64,000 nucleotides of DNA. Origin: Allosphingosinicella sp. (GTDB lineage: Bacteria; Pseudomonadota; Alphaproteobacteria; Sphingomonadales; Sphingomonadaceae). The DNA is taken from assembly GCA_036273615.1 (NCBI GenBank), contig DASUHH010000032.1, positions 798-64,797 of the forward strand, written 5' to 3'. Under the pieces are notes generated by a model that was given only the letters and a program-made list of their open reading frames with translations, made no database searches and was not told the DNA's origin. The stretch's first letter is position 1. The number at the start of each line of letters is the position of its first letter. The translations under genes were made by a program, and so were the position numbers. This document shows positions 46,875 to 56,660 of this stretch, one piece after another.

Positions 46875-47066
46875 ACCGTTCGGGCTGAGCTTGTCCTCGA
46901 TACGCGCCGTCCCGGATCGAGTCCGGGGTCGGTCGCTACGCGGGATGAGCGGCTTTTCCATGATTTTCCGCTCATGCCGAGCAGGCATTGAGCGACGTCG
47001 AGATGCCGTATCGAAGCACAAGCCCAGGCCGAACCGAGCGGCCAAGCCTCTTTGCCCAAGCTCAGG
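46875..47066. repeat. composite MITE/REP cluster
   Basis: ACCGTTCGGGCTGAGCTTGTC arm (matches the 61.7-61.8 kb element), CCGGATCGAGTCCGG, and an ATGAGCGG/CCGCTCAT stem. Confidence 0.65.
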
Positions 47067-50007
47067 CGCGCCTTTTCATCTTCTCCGCCTGGACCCCCGC
47101 CATGCGCGGGACCAGCGACGCCGGCGCCGGGCGGCCGTAATAATAGCCCTGGCCCTGGTCGCAGCCGAGCGCCTGGAGCAATTTATGCTGGTGGGGCGTC
47201 TCGATACCCTCCGCGACGATGGTCTTGCCGAGCCGCCGGCCGAGGCCTGTCACGGCGTCGACGATCGCGGCGTCGCCCGGATCGTCCTCCAGCCCGCAGA
47301 CGAAGCTGCGGTCGATCTTGACGATGTCGACCGGGAATTGCTTGAGGTGCGACAGCGACGCGAAGCCGGTGCCGAAATCGTCGAGCGCGATCGAGATCCC
47401 CTCCCCGGCCAGCATCCTGAGCGCCCGCTCGACATATTCGGCACCGCGGCCGACGAAGACGGTCTCGGTCACTTCGAGCTGGAAGCATTCGCGCGGCACG
47501 CCCGCTTTGACCAGCCGCTCCAGCAGCCGCTCGGCGAAATCGCCGCGGCGGAACTCGGCGGCGGCGGCATTGACCGCGACATGGCCGAACGGAACGCCCT
47601 CGCCCCGCCAGCGCACGATGTCCTCGATCACCGATTCGATCATCCGGTCGCTGATCGCAGCGGCAAGGCTCAGATCGTCGAAGGCGGCGGCGACGCTCGC
47701 CGGCGACTGGATGCCGCGGCGCGGATGCCGCCAGCGCATCAGGGCCTCGAACCCGACCGGCCGCCCGGTCAGCAGATCGACCTTGGGCTGGTAATGGGGC
47801 TGGACGCTGCCCCTTTTCAGCGCGTCGCGGGCGAGGCGAAGCATCGACACGCGCTTCTGCGCCTCGAGCCGCATCTCGCCATGATAGAGGCGCAGGGTGC
47901 TTCGTCCGGCCGCCTTGGCGGCGTAGAGCGCGATGTCCGCATTCTTCATGAGATCGGTGCGGCTGTCGCCGTCGTGCGGATAGAGGCTTGCGCCGATGCT
48001 TGCGCGGCAATCGAGGATGCGGCCGCCATGGATGCAGGGTTCGGCGAGCCGTTGGAGCAGGGGCTGGACCACCGCCTCCACCGCCTCCGCGCTGCCGGCG
48101 TCGGGGAGCAGGATCGCGAACTCGTCGCCGCCGAGCCGGCCGACCACCGCCTCATCGCCGAACGCCGCGCGCAGCCTCTGGGCGAGGGTGCAGAGCATGG
48201 CGTCGCCGGCATCGTGCCCGACCGTGTCGTTGACCCGCTTGAAATCGTCGATGTCGAGTAGCAGCAGGGCGAAGCGAGTCTTCTCCGCCACCGCCCGGAC
48301 CACCGCCTCGTCGACCGCCTTCTGGAGAAGATAGCGGTTGGGAAGGCCGGTCAGGCAGTCGTGATTGGCCGACCAATGCGCCTGCTCCTCGGCCGCCTTC
48401 TGCTCCGAAATGTCGCGCGACATGACGAGGATGCGCTGCGGCTTGCCGTCCGGCCCGGGCACCGGCGCGACGAGAATGTCCCACCAGCGCGGCGCGTCGC
48501 GTCCCGACGGGCTGACATGGACGACGAGCCTGCCGATCCCGCCCCGCCGCGCCTTGCGCAGCGCGGCCGCGGTCTCCTTCGTGCAGGCGGGGACACGCCG
48601 GGTCCAGTTCTGACCGACAAGCTCCTCGTTCGTCTTGCCGTAGACGCGCTGGGTCGCGGCATTGGCGCGCAGCACCGTGCCGTCGAGATCGAGCAGGGAG
48701 ACACAGTCCGGGCTCGCCTCGATCATCGAGCGATTGAGCCGCTCGCTCTCGTCGAGCGCCTGCTGGGCGCGGACGCGCTGGTGGACGTCGGTGCAGGTGC
48801 CGTACCAGCGCACGATCCGGCCGTCGCCGTCGCGCTTCGGAAGGCCGCGCGACAGGATCCAGCGCTCCCCATCGCCGGTCCCGAACCGCATCTCCTGCTC
48901 GAACAAGGCGCCGGTCGCCATCGAACGGATCCAGGCCGCCGCCACTCGCTCGACGTCGTCGGGATGGATCATCCTGATCCAGCCGCCCGGACTGGCGAGC
49001 TCCTCGCGGGCGGCGAACAGGCCGCGCCACTGGTCGCTGATATAGTCGATCCGGCCCTGGGCGTCCGCGCTCCAGATGACGTGCGGAATGGCGTCGAGGA
49101 TGTGCTGGGCGCGCCGCTCGCTCGCCTGTGCCGCCTCGCGGGCGAGGACCCGGTCGTGGATGTCGGTGCAGGTGCCGTACCAGCGCAGGATCGCGCCGTC
49201 GGTGCCGCGCTCGGCATGGCCGCGGCTCTCGACCCAGCGATAGTCGCCTGTATGATGGCGCAGGCGATATTCGGCCTCATAGGGCTCGCCGGTCTCGCGG
49301 CTGCGGTGCCAGGCATCGCGCACCCGCTCCATATCCTCGGCCCAGTAGAGGCCGTCCCATTCCGGCCCCTCGAGCGAGCCTTCGGGAAGACCGGTGAACT
49401 CGTACCAGCGCTGGTTGTAATAATCGGGGCGGCTGCCGCTTCCATCCATCGACCAGACGATGTGCGGCATGATGTCGATGAGGCGGTGGAACTTGCGCTC
49501 GCTGTCGCGCAGGGCGGCGCTCGCGGCGACCCGGTCGTGGACGTCGGTGCAGCTTCCGTACCAGATGAGGACCCTGCCCGATTCGTCGCGCTCCGGCCGG
49601 CCGACGCTGCGGATCCAGCGATAGCCGCCGTCGCGGTGGCGGAGGCGATATTCGCATTGGTAGGGAAGGCCGGTGTCGAGGCTGCGCTGCCAGGCCGCCC
49701 GCGCCCGCTCCCGGTCCTCGGGGTGGACGAGGTCGAGCCGGCGGAATCCGCCCGCCTTGCCGATCCCGTCGACGCCGGTGAAATCGAGCCACTGGCTGCT
49801 ATAATGCGATTCGCCGGTGTCGGCGCGCCAGCACCAGAACATATGCGACGTATGGGTGAGCAGGGCGCGCAGGCTGTGCCAGGCGGCCACATCCTCCTCG
49901 TCGAGAATGGCAGGCGAAGGCGCGGCATCCCGCGCCGCGGACAGGCCGGCCGGCTGCTCGGCCGGCGCCGCGCCGGAGCGCAAGTCCCGCGGATGTTCCT
50001 GCCGCAT
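47062..50007 (-). CDS. multi-PAS diguanylate cyclase/phosphodiesterase (GGDEF-EAL)
   Basis: About four PAS/PAC repeats (W.G.CTD.H.R), HDCLTGLPNR, RLGGDEF, FEALMRW and DDFGTGFASL. Confidence 0.95.
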   Translation of the reverse strand: MRQEHPRDLRSGAAPAEQPAGLSAARDAAPSPAILDEEDVAAWHSLRALLTHTSHMFWCWRADTGESHYSSQWLDFTGVDGIGKAGGFRRLDLVHPEDRERARAAWQRSLDTGLPYQCEYRLRHRDGGYRWIRSVGRPERDESGRVLIWYGSCTDVHDRVAASAALRDSERKFHRLIDIMPHIVWSMDGSGSRPDYYNQRWYEFTGLPEGSLEGPEWDGLYWAEDMERVRDAWHRSRETGEPYEAEYRLRHHTGDYRWVESRGHAERGTDGAILRWYGTCTDIHDRVLAREAAQASERRAQHILDAIPHVIWSADAQGRIDYISDQWRGLFAAREELASPGGWIRMIHPDDVERVAAAWIRSMATGALFEQEMRFGTGDGERWILSRGLPKRDGDGRIVRWYGTCTDVHQRVRAQQALDESERLNRSMIEASPDCVSLLDLDGTVLRANAATQRVYGKTNEELVGQNWTRRVPACTKETAAALRKARRGGIGRLVVHVSPSGRDAPRWWDILVAPVPGPDGKPQRILVMSRDISEQKAAEEQAHWSANHDCLTGLPNRYLLQKAVDEAVVRAVAEKTRFALLLLDIDDFKRVNDTVGHDAGDAMLCTLAQRLRAAFGDEAVVGRLGGDEFAILLPDAGSAEAVEAVVQPLLQRLAEPCIHGGRILDCRASIGASLYPHDGDSRTDLMKNADIALYAAKAAGRSTLRLYHGEMRLEAQKRVSMLRLARDALKRGSVQPHYQPKVDLLTGRPVGFEALMRWRHPRRGIQSPASVAAAFDDLSLAAAISDRMIESVIEDIVRWRGEGVPFGHVAVNAAAAEFRRGDFAERLLERLVKAGVPRECFQLEVTETVFVGRGAEYVERALRMLAGEGISIALDDFGTGFASLSHLKQFPVDIVKIDRSFVCGLEDDPGDAAIVDAVTGLGRRLGKTIVAEGIETPHQHKLLQALGCDQGQGYYYGRPAPASLVPRMAGVQAEKMKRRA

Positions 50008-50227
50008 CAGCGCAACCGTGCCCGGTCCGGAGAAGAAACCATCGGTGCCGCGATCCTCAAAAGCCGGCGCCCCCACTCCATGCCGTTGAATGGCCTTAAG
50101 AACGAGCCGTTGAGGAAGGCTTAAACCGCACTCGTCTCCGCAATGTGCATGCGTTCATCGGAAAGCATCGCCCGTCGCCTTCCGGCGCCGCCTGCTTTAT
50201 GCCCGGCGGGAGCATGAAGGAGATGCA

Positions 50228-50443
50228 ATGCCCGACGAGGCGCCGCCGATCAGGGAGCAGCTTGTCGAAGCGCGAAGGACGATCGCCGCGCAGCTCGACG
50301 AATTGAACTTTCGAGCGTCGAGGCCACGAATGCCGGGGCGTGAAGGCGGCCCCCCGGATTATGGCGGCCTGATCGCCGAGCTTCAGGACCAGCTGCGCGA
50401 GATCGATGCCCTTCTGGACGACGGGGACTCGCCCGGTTCCTGA
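50228..50443 (+). CDS. small helical hypothetical protein (71 aa)
   Basis: RBS GAAGGAG; two amphipathic helices with heptad Leu. Confidence 0.55.
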   Translation: MPDEAPPIREQLVEARRTIAAQLDELNFRASRPRMPGREGGPPDYGGLIAELQDQLREIDALLDDGDSPGS

Positions 50444-50520
50444 CCCTGCCGCGGAGACAAGCGTCCGTCCATCGGGCCGCCCCGGGCGCTTGCCGCCGCG
50501 CGGCGATGCGCATAGCCTCC

Positions 50521-51062
50521 ATGCCCGATGCGGAGTCACCTTCCTTGCTGATCGCCTTCATGTTCGGCGCGGCCCGACTCCCGCCCAGCCGCCGGTCGTC
50601 GTCCGCGCGGCGATGACGGCGGAAGGGTGTCGCACCCAGGTCGATGGCCGCTACGTGACCGCCGGCGCGCTTCCGGCGCTCGCGCGCCGCTGGCGGCACC
50701 GGCTCGTCCGGGTCGAGACGCCGCCGGACCCGCCCTATCGATGCGTCGGCGCAACGATCTTCGCGCTCCAGCAGGCCGGCGTCGCGCGGATCGCCTCCGA
50801 GACGCCGCCTCTGCCGGCGCCGGCCGTGTCGCTGCGGCTCGATTTCGCCGGCGGCCGCTGCCGCTACCAGGTGGACGGACGCAACCTCGATGAGAACCAA
50901 TTGCGCGTCGCCGCCCGACGCTGGTCGGCCGTGCGGATATGGGCCGAGACCTTGCCCGACAGGCGCGGAGGCTGCTTCGTCGCCGCTTTTCGGATCCTCG
51001 AGACGGCGGGCGTCGGCAAGATCGGCTTCACCGCCGAGCCGCCACCGGCTCCGCGCGACTGA
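50521..51062 (+). pseudogene. tandem ExbD/TolR-like periplasmic domain protein with probable frameshift after the signal peptide
   Basis: Two repeats (C...VDGR...L...ARRW...C.....L..AGV..I). The hydrophobic signal-like stretch LLIAFMFGAA is in another frame and joins by adding one C at 50573-50575. Confidence 0.4.
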
Positions 51063-51070
51063 GGCGACGC

Positions 51071-51277
51071 TCAGCCGAAGACGCGCGGCCGGCCCGGTTC
51101 CGACCGCCGCGCCGGAAGGTCCGGCTTCGGTATCGCGTCCAGCGCCGCCCGGCGCGCCTCGGCGTCGTAATGGCTGGCGAGCTGGAGCAGGCCGTGACGC
51201 TCGAACGAGGCTGCCATGTCGCCGGCAAGCCGCCGGCATTGCGCCGCCTGTTCGCGGAAATATTCGATCGTCTCCAT
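51071..51277 (-). CDS. small hypothetical protein (68 aa)
   Basis: METIEYFREQAAQCRRLA...LLQLA..YD.EA; RBS GAGGG; EcfG-like promoter upstream. Confidence 0.65.
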   Translation of the reverse strand: METIEYFREQAAQCRRLAGDMAASFERHGLLQLASHYDAEARRAALDAIPKPDLPARRSEPGRPRVFG

Positions 51278-51320
51278 CGCCGCATCCCTCTTTCTGCGGT
51301 CTCGCTTTTCCGCGGCTGAG

Positions 51321-51345
51321 AACCGGATGCAGGTTATATTGTTCC
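51321..51345 (-). promoter_or_regulatory. putative sigma-EcfG promoter
   Basis: GGAAC-N16-GGTT about 45 nt upstream of the 51277 start. Confidence 0.5.
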
Positions 51346-51782
51346 ATATCCTGCGGGAGAAAGTGCGGACCCGTTGCGGGCGCTGCTCCGGCGTGCGAGA
51401 ATTCGGCGTGAAAGGATGATCGATGCGCGACGTCAGCGTTCCGGGGGCCTGTTCCTGCTGCTCCTGGCTGCCATCGTCGTCCATCTCCCCGCCGGCTCGC
51501 GCAGGGCTGGGGGCGGGATCGTGGCCATCCTGTCGCTCGCAGCCGTGGTTCTGCTCCTGTTCGGGCACCTTCGCGCGCCGATCGGCCCGGCCGTCGAGCA
51601 GGCCCTCGAGCTCGCGTCCATCATGACATTGGGGATTTTCGGCTGCCGCGACGTCCACGCCGGCAGCCCGCGCCGGCAACCGCGCCAAGGCTGCCGGACC
51701 CAGGCCGCGAACATGGAAGCGAATGGATCCGGCAACCCGGATTTTCGGAGCCAGCCCGCTGGCCCGCAAGGATGAGACCGCC

Positions 51783-52694
51783 GTGCTGGAAGAATTGCTG
51801 AACGACGGCTGGCGCTATCACGACACGGAGAGCGAGCGGCTTGCGATCGCGCTCGAAGCGGCGGCCGAAGACGGCATTGCGCCGGGCCTGCTGGCGCCCT
51901 TCCTCGACCTTGGCATCCATACGATCGGGGAGCATCTCGGCGATTGGCCGCGTGCGCTCAGGCTGGGCAGGAAGGCGATCGGCGGCCAGGTGCCCGTTCT
52001 GGAAACGGCGCGGCCCTGGGCGCAGCTCCATGTCGCCGCCATTCTCGCTGGCGACTATCCGGAGGCGGCGGATTTCGAATTCTCCTATGCCGAGGCGTCC
52101 GGCCGGGGTTTCGACGCGGTTCTGGATTTGCGCTTCATGCTGGCCGCCGCACTGATCGCATCGGGCCGCGCGGCGGAAGGCGGGCGGCTCTATCGCCGGG
52201 CGCTGGACCTTGCCGGCCAAATGCAGCCGGCGGCGTCCCTGGACCGAGCGATCGCGATTGCGGGCAACAATATCGGATGGGAGCTGTACGAGATGCCGCG
52301 CCGCACGCGCGATGAAAATGACCTGATGCGGCGCGCGGCCGGGACGAGCCTCGAATCCTGGCTCAGATGCGGCACCTGGATCAACGCCGAGCGCGCTCAT
52401 TATCTGAACGCGCTCGTTGCGATTGCCGCCGGCGATTCGGAAGCGGGCCTGAACCATGCCGACGCCGCCCTCGCGATCATCGCCGCGAACGGCGCGCGGC
52501 CGCTCGACACGGCCCAGCTCCACCTCGCCCGCGCGGCGGCGCTCGGCGCGCTGGGCGACGCGGCGGGCAGAGCAGGCGCGATCGGCGACGCGGACGCGGC
52601 GGCGGCAGGGCTCGGCGCGGATCTGAAAGCGCGCTTCGACGCCGCGCGCGCCAAGGTCGCTATTCCTTCTTCCGATCCAATATTACCGGCCTGA
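51783..52694 (+). CDS. alpha-helical repeat (TPR-like) hypothetical protein
   Basis: Long ORF with Ala/Leu helical repeats; GTG start inferred (ORF track starts at 51723). Confidence 0.7.
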   Translation: MLEELLNDGWRYHDTESERLAIALEAAAEDGIAPGLLAPFLDLGIHTIGEHLGDWPRALRLGRKAIGGQVPVLETARPWAQLHVAAILAGDYPEAADFEFSYAEASGRGFDAVLDLRFMLAAALIASGRAAEGGRLYRRALDLAGQMQPAASLDRAIAIAGNNIGWELYEMPRRTRDENDLMRRAAGTSLESWLRCGTWINAERAHYLNALVAIAAGDSEAGLNHADAALAIIAANGARPLDTAQLHLARAAALGALGDAAGRAGAIGDADAAAAGLGADLKARFDAARAKVAIPSSDPILPA

Positions 52695-52890
52695 ACGCGA
52701 TCATCGACGAGACTGCGGACCCTGACGTCGACGATTTGCGCTCCTCTGCTCCGGCTGATCGCAGGAACTTTCGAGTCTTCCGGCGCCTGAGTTTCGATCA
52801 AGTAAGACGGGCGCAAGACATAAGTGGACATAAGTGATCCCGCCCTCTATCTGGCGACCGCGCCGGGGCGCTGGAATAAGGGGAAATCGA

Positions 52891-53382
52891 ATGGCCGATA
52901 GTGAAACGCTCGTCACCCTGACCGCCGACATCGTCTCGGCGCATGTCGCGAACAATCGCGTCGCGGTGAACGACATGGCCCAGCTGATCGAAAGCGTCCA
53001 CGGGGCGCTGGCGCAGCTCGGCGCGACCCCGGAGCCGGTCGAGGAGAAGCGCCAGCCGGTCGTCTCGGCGCGCGCCTCGGTGAAGCCCGATTATCTGATC
53101 TGCCTGATCGACGGCAGCCGCCACAAGATGCTGAGGCGGCACCTCGCCCGCGAGCATGACATGAGTCCGGCCGAATATCGGGCCGAGTTCGGCCTTCGCG
53201 ACGATTATCCGATGACGGCGCCCAATTATACCGAGACTCGGCGGCAGCTCGCCAAGAAGATCGGCCTCGGCCGCAAGGGCCGCGGCGCGCGCGGGAGCGG
53301 CGGCGAAGCGCCGGCCGGCGAGAGCGGCGGTTCGACGGCCGCCGCCGGCGGCAAGCGGCGCGGACGTCCTCCGAAGAAATAA
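52891..53382 (+). CDS. mucR: MucR/Ros family transcriptional regulator
   Basis: LTADIVSAHV.NN, SVKPDYLICL.DG..HKML.RHL...H...P.EYR..FGL..DYPM.APNY...R..LAKKIGLGRK. Confidence 0.95.
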   Translation: MADSETLVTLTADIVSAHVANNRVAVNDMAQLIESVHGALAQLGATPEPVEEKRQPVVSARASVKPDYLICLIDGSRHKMLRRHLAREHDMSPAEYRAEFGLRDDYPMTAPNYTETRRQLAKKIGLGRKGRGARGSGGEAPAGESGGSTAAAGGKRRGRPPKK

Positions 53383-53512
53383 GCCCCCTTTTGCCCGGGG
53401 CGACGGCGGGAACCGTTGCCCGGACGACGGAGCCGATTTGGACTCGCCGCCGCGTTGCGGGGATCGGGCGGTGGCCCTAACCTCCCCTCCTATGGCCGGA
53501 ACGCCCGACGAT

Positions 53513-53920
53513 ATGGCGGCGAAGCTGCAGACGCTGGCGACACGCCTGCTCCGCCGCGCCCGCACCGCCGACGCGCGAAGCGGGCTCGGCAGCGCGCAAT
53601 ATTCGGCGATGGCCGCGCTCCGCGCCGAGGCGCCGCTCAGCCTCGCCGCCCTCGCCCGGCGCGAGGCGGTATCGCACGTCACGATGAGCCGCGTGGTCGC
53701 CTCCCTGGTCGAGGCCGGCCTCGTCCGCCGCGAGCCCGATCCCGCCGACCGCCGCAGCCGGCTTCTTTCCCTGACGCCCGAGGGCCGGGCGACCTACGAA
53801 CGCATCTCCGCGCGACGGACGCAGACGGTCGCCGCCGTGCTTCGCCTGCTCAGGCCCGAAACCGCCGCGGAGCTGGTCGCCGCGCTGGAAACGGTCGCCG
53901 CCCGGCTCGAACGCGATTGA
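53513..53920 (+). CDS. MarR-family transcriptional regulator
   Basis: LA.REAVS..TMSRVV.SLV..GLV.R..DP.DRRS..L.LT.EG. Confidence 0.92.
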   Translation: MAAKLQTLATRLLRRARTADARSGLGSAQYSAMAALRAEAPLSLAALARREAVSHVTMSRVVASLVEAGLVRREPDPADRRSRLLSLTPEGRATYERISARRTQTVAAVLRLLRPETAAELVAALETVAARLERD

Positions 53921-53975
53921 CGGCGCGAGATAGGTAGCATAGCTACATTCCTGCGAGATGGGGAAGAGGGCGCCG

Positions 53976-54998
53976 ATGACGCGACGCAGGACAATCGTGC
54001 TGGCGGGCATGGGCGCCGCGCTCGCTGTCCTCTATCTCGCCAACGCCTCCTGGGCGGCGCATCCGTCGGGGCATCTCACCATCCTCTCCCATCGCGGCGT
54101 CCACCAGCTTTTCAGTCATGAAGGGCTGACGCCGGCGACCTGCACGGCCGCGCGGATCCTCAAGCCCGTCCACCCCTTCCTCGAAAACACGATCCCGTCG
54201 ATGAAGGCGGCGTTCGACGACGGCGCCGACATGGTCGAGATCGACGTCCACCCGACCGTTGACGGCAATTTCGCAATCTTCCACGACTGGACGGTCGACT
54301 GCCGCACGAACGGCCACGGCGTCACCCGCGAGATGAGCATGGCGGCGCTCAAGACGCTCGACATCGGCTACGGCTATACCGCCGACGGCGGCCGCACCTT
54401 TCCGTTCCGCGGCAAGGGCGTCGGCCTGATGCCGTCGCTGGACGAGGTGCTGCGCGCCTTTCCCGGCCGCCGCTTCCTGATCAACTTCAAGAGCGGCGAT
54501 CCGCATGAGGGCGAAGCGATGGCCGGTTGGCTGAAGGCGCGGCCCTGGGCGGACGCAGGGCGCCTCGCTTTCTACGGCGACGACAGGCCGGTGGGGCGCT
54601 TGAAGGCGTTGCGGCCCGACCTCAGGACCATGTCGAGCCGATCGGCGAAGAGTTGCGCCAAGGCCTATATGCTGATCGGCTGGAGCGGCTACGTCCCCGC
54701 CGCGTGCCGCCACACGATCATGATGGCGCCGCGCAACCTCGCCTGGATCGCCTGGGGCTGGCCCAACCGCTTCCTCGAGAGGATGGAGGGCGCCGACACC
54801 GAAATCTACATGATCGGCACTGTCGACCTCCGCCACCCCGGCCTCTCCAGCCTCGACACGCCGGCCGACCTCAACGCCCTCCCCGCCGGCTGGCGCGGCG
54901 GCATCGCGACAGAGAAGATCGAGGTGATCGGCCTTTGCTCAAGCGGAAGAGCTGATCGGCCTTGCCTCAAGCGGCGGATGTTCGAGCGGCGGACCTGA
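53976..54998 (+). CDS. glycerophosphodiester phosphodiesterase family protein
   Basis: SHRG, ENT, EIDV..T.DG...IFHD.TVDCRT and P.LDEVL. Confidence 0.92.
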   Translation: MTRRRTIVLAGMGAALAVLYLANASWAAHPSGHLTILSHRGVHQLFSHEGLTPATCTAARILKPVHPFLENTIPSMKAAFDDGADMVEIDVHPTVDGNFAIFHDWTVDCRTNGHGVTREMSMAALKTLDIGYGYTADGGRTFPFRGKGVGLMPSLDEVLRAFPGRRFLINFKSGDPHEGEAMAGWLKARPWADAGRLAFYGDDRPVGRLKALRPDLRTMSSRSAKSCAKAYMLIGWSGYVPAACRHTIMMAPRNLAWIAWGWPNRFLERMEGADTEIYMIGTVDLRHPGLSSLDTPADLNALPAGWRGGIATEKIEVIGLCSSGRADRPCLKRRMFERRT

Positions 54999-55107
54999 GC
55001 GAACCTTTGTTCCCCGGCAGAGGCACGAAACCGGCCCCGGCGAAACTCTGCCCGCCGGGGCCAGCCCTGTGGGGATTCAGCCTGCTTTCAGGCCGCGCGG
55101 GCGCGGC

Positions 55108-55371
55108 TCAGCAGGTGTGGCGGCCGATATGACGGCCGAGCAGGGCGCCGCCGACGCCGCCGATGACCGGCGCGGCAAGGCCGCCGGCCACGGCATGGCC
55201 GACCAGTGCGCCGGCGCCGCCGCCGACGATCGCGCCGGTCGTGCCGCTATGGTGGCAGACGCGGGTGCGGTAATAATGGTGGTGGCGATGATGATGGCGC
55301 GCCGCATCGGCCGGCGTCGCCGCAGGCAGCGCAACGGCCGCGGCCGTCAGGGCAAGAACGAGCTTACGCAT
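55108..55371 (-). CDS. small secreted glycine-zipper protein with N-terminal His tract
   Basis: RBS AAGGAG, signal peptide, RHHHRHHH, then GAIVGGGAGALVG...IGGVGGALLG flanked by two Cys. Confidence 0.85.
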   Translation of the reverse strand: MRKLVLALTAAAVALPAATPADAARHHHRHHHYYRTRVCHHSGTTGAIVGGGAGALVGHAVAGGLAAPVIGGVGGALLGRHIGRHTC

Positions 55372-55398
55372 AACAATCTCCCTTGATGTTCGGTAAGG

Positions 55399-55424
55399 AA
55401 CGGCGGGACGGCCCCAACGGTTCC
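55399..55424 (-). promoter_or_regulatory. sigma-EcfG (general stress response) promoter
   Basis: GGAAC-N17-CGTT, exact consensus, ending 27 nt before the ATG. Confidence 0.7.
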
Positions 55425-55573
55425 GACCGGCGCCGCAACGAAATCACGGTTCATCGTCGAAGTCTGAACCTGGCATAACGGGCGCGAATGCGGCTTGACC
55501 GCGCCGCGCCGGCCCGGGACGCTGGTTCCGGGCACGATGTCCGAAAAACGGGCTGGAAGGACGAGGGAACGCG

Positions 55574-56386
55574 ATGACGCTCTGTGCCATCTGGCGGGAC
55601 GAAGGCCGGATCCACATGGCGTCCGATTCCTGCCTCACCGTCGGCCCCGGCCGGACCGCGAATATCGGCATCAAGGTGGCGCGGGAGCGGTTCGTGGTTC
55701 GCGCCGCCGACGATCCCGCACGGCAAAAGCCGCCCGCCGCCGCCGGCGACGTCGCCTTCTGCTTCGCCGGCATGGAAACCGGCGCGGTCCACATGAAGGA
55801 AGCGCTCGCCGCGATCCTCGGCAACCTCCGCCTCCGCCCCGGCGCCGACGAAATCCGCTTCGAGGGCATCGCCCGGCTCGCCTTCGCCGCCTACAAGGCG
55901 GTCGCCGGGGCGATGGGCGCCGCGATCGCCCAAAAGGGCTTCTCGCGGGTGGTGGTGGCCGGCCTGTGCCCGGCCGGCGGCGATTACCGGGCCTTCTGCT
56001 TCAGCACCCGGATCGACGAGGCGGACGAGTGTGCGCCGGTCGGCCACCATATGGACGAGATCCTCGCCCGCCGCCGCAACGTCTTCTTCATCGGCAGCGC
56101 CGCCGCCGCCGCGAGGGCGCGCGCCAGGGCGCTCGCCCGCCCGCCCACGACACGCGACATATTGGCCATCCTCCAGGCCGCGATCGACGATCCCGGCCAG
56201 CCCTCCGTCGCCGGCCGCCTCCAATATGGCCGTTTCGAAGGCCCCGACTTCCGCCTCATGGGCGTGCGCGAAACGGCGCGGGACACCCACGCCTGGCGCG
56301 GCGCCCTCGACCTCGGCTCGGCGGAATTCGGCCGGGATTTCGCGATCGACTATCCGCTCATCCCGCTCGAGGGCTTTGAGCCCTGA
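55574..56386 (+). CDS. Ntn-hydrolase / proteasome beta-subunit-like protein (putative threonine protease)
   Basis: After Met removal it has Thr1, Asp17 (MASDS) and Lys33 (IKV), later FAG and IGSA. RBS GAGGG. Confidence 0.6.
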   Translation: MTLCAIWRDEGRIHMASDSCLTVGPGRTANIGIKVARERFVVRAADDPARQKPPAAAGDVAFCFAGMETGAVHMKEALAAILGNLRLRPGADEIRFEGIARLAFAAYKAVAGAMGAAIAQKGFSRVVVAGLCPAGGDYRAFCFSTRIDEADECAPVGHHMDEILARRRNVFFIGSAAAAARARARALARPPTTRDILAILQAAIDDPGQPSVAGRLQYGRFEGPDFRLMGVRETARDTHAWRGALDLGSAEFGRDFAIDYPLIPLEGFEP

Positions 56387-56660
56387 CAGTGCATCGCCGG
56401 CAGAAAAGCGGCGCCACCCGTCTCGGGCCGGCGAAATGTCGCATCGGTTCAAATTCGCGCGGAGACGCCTCCACCGCGGCGAAGCCGCATCTTATCCTGG
56501 CGCGCCGGAGGAAAGCCGCTGCCATTTCAGCGGCCGAGAGTCTCCGCGTCTCTGCGCCTCTGCGCGCAACCGATCCTGCTTCCATCCCACATGGCGGCGG
56601 CATTGCGCCGGCCGCCCGAAAACGCGATAGGCCCGAAACAGAGATAAAGGAGCGCGCGCC

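Noticed and set aside
51374-51775. Hydrophobic plus-strand ORF (133 aa)
   Set aside because: Plausible membrane protein, but the start is unclear, it overlaps neighbours and no family is recognised.
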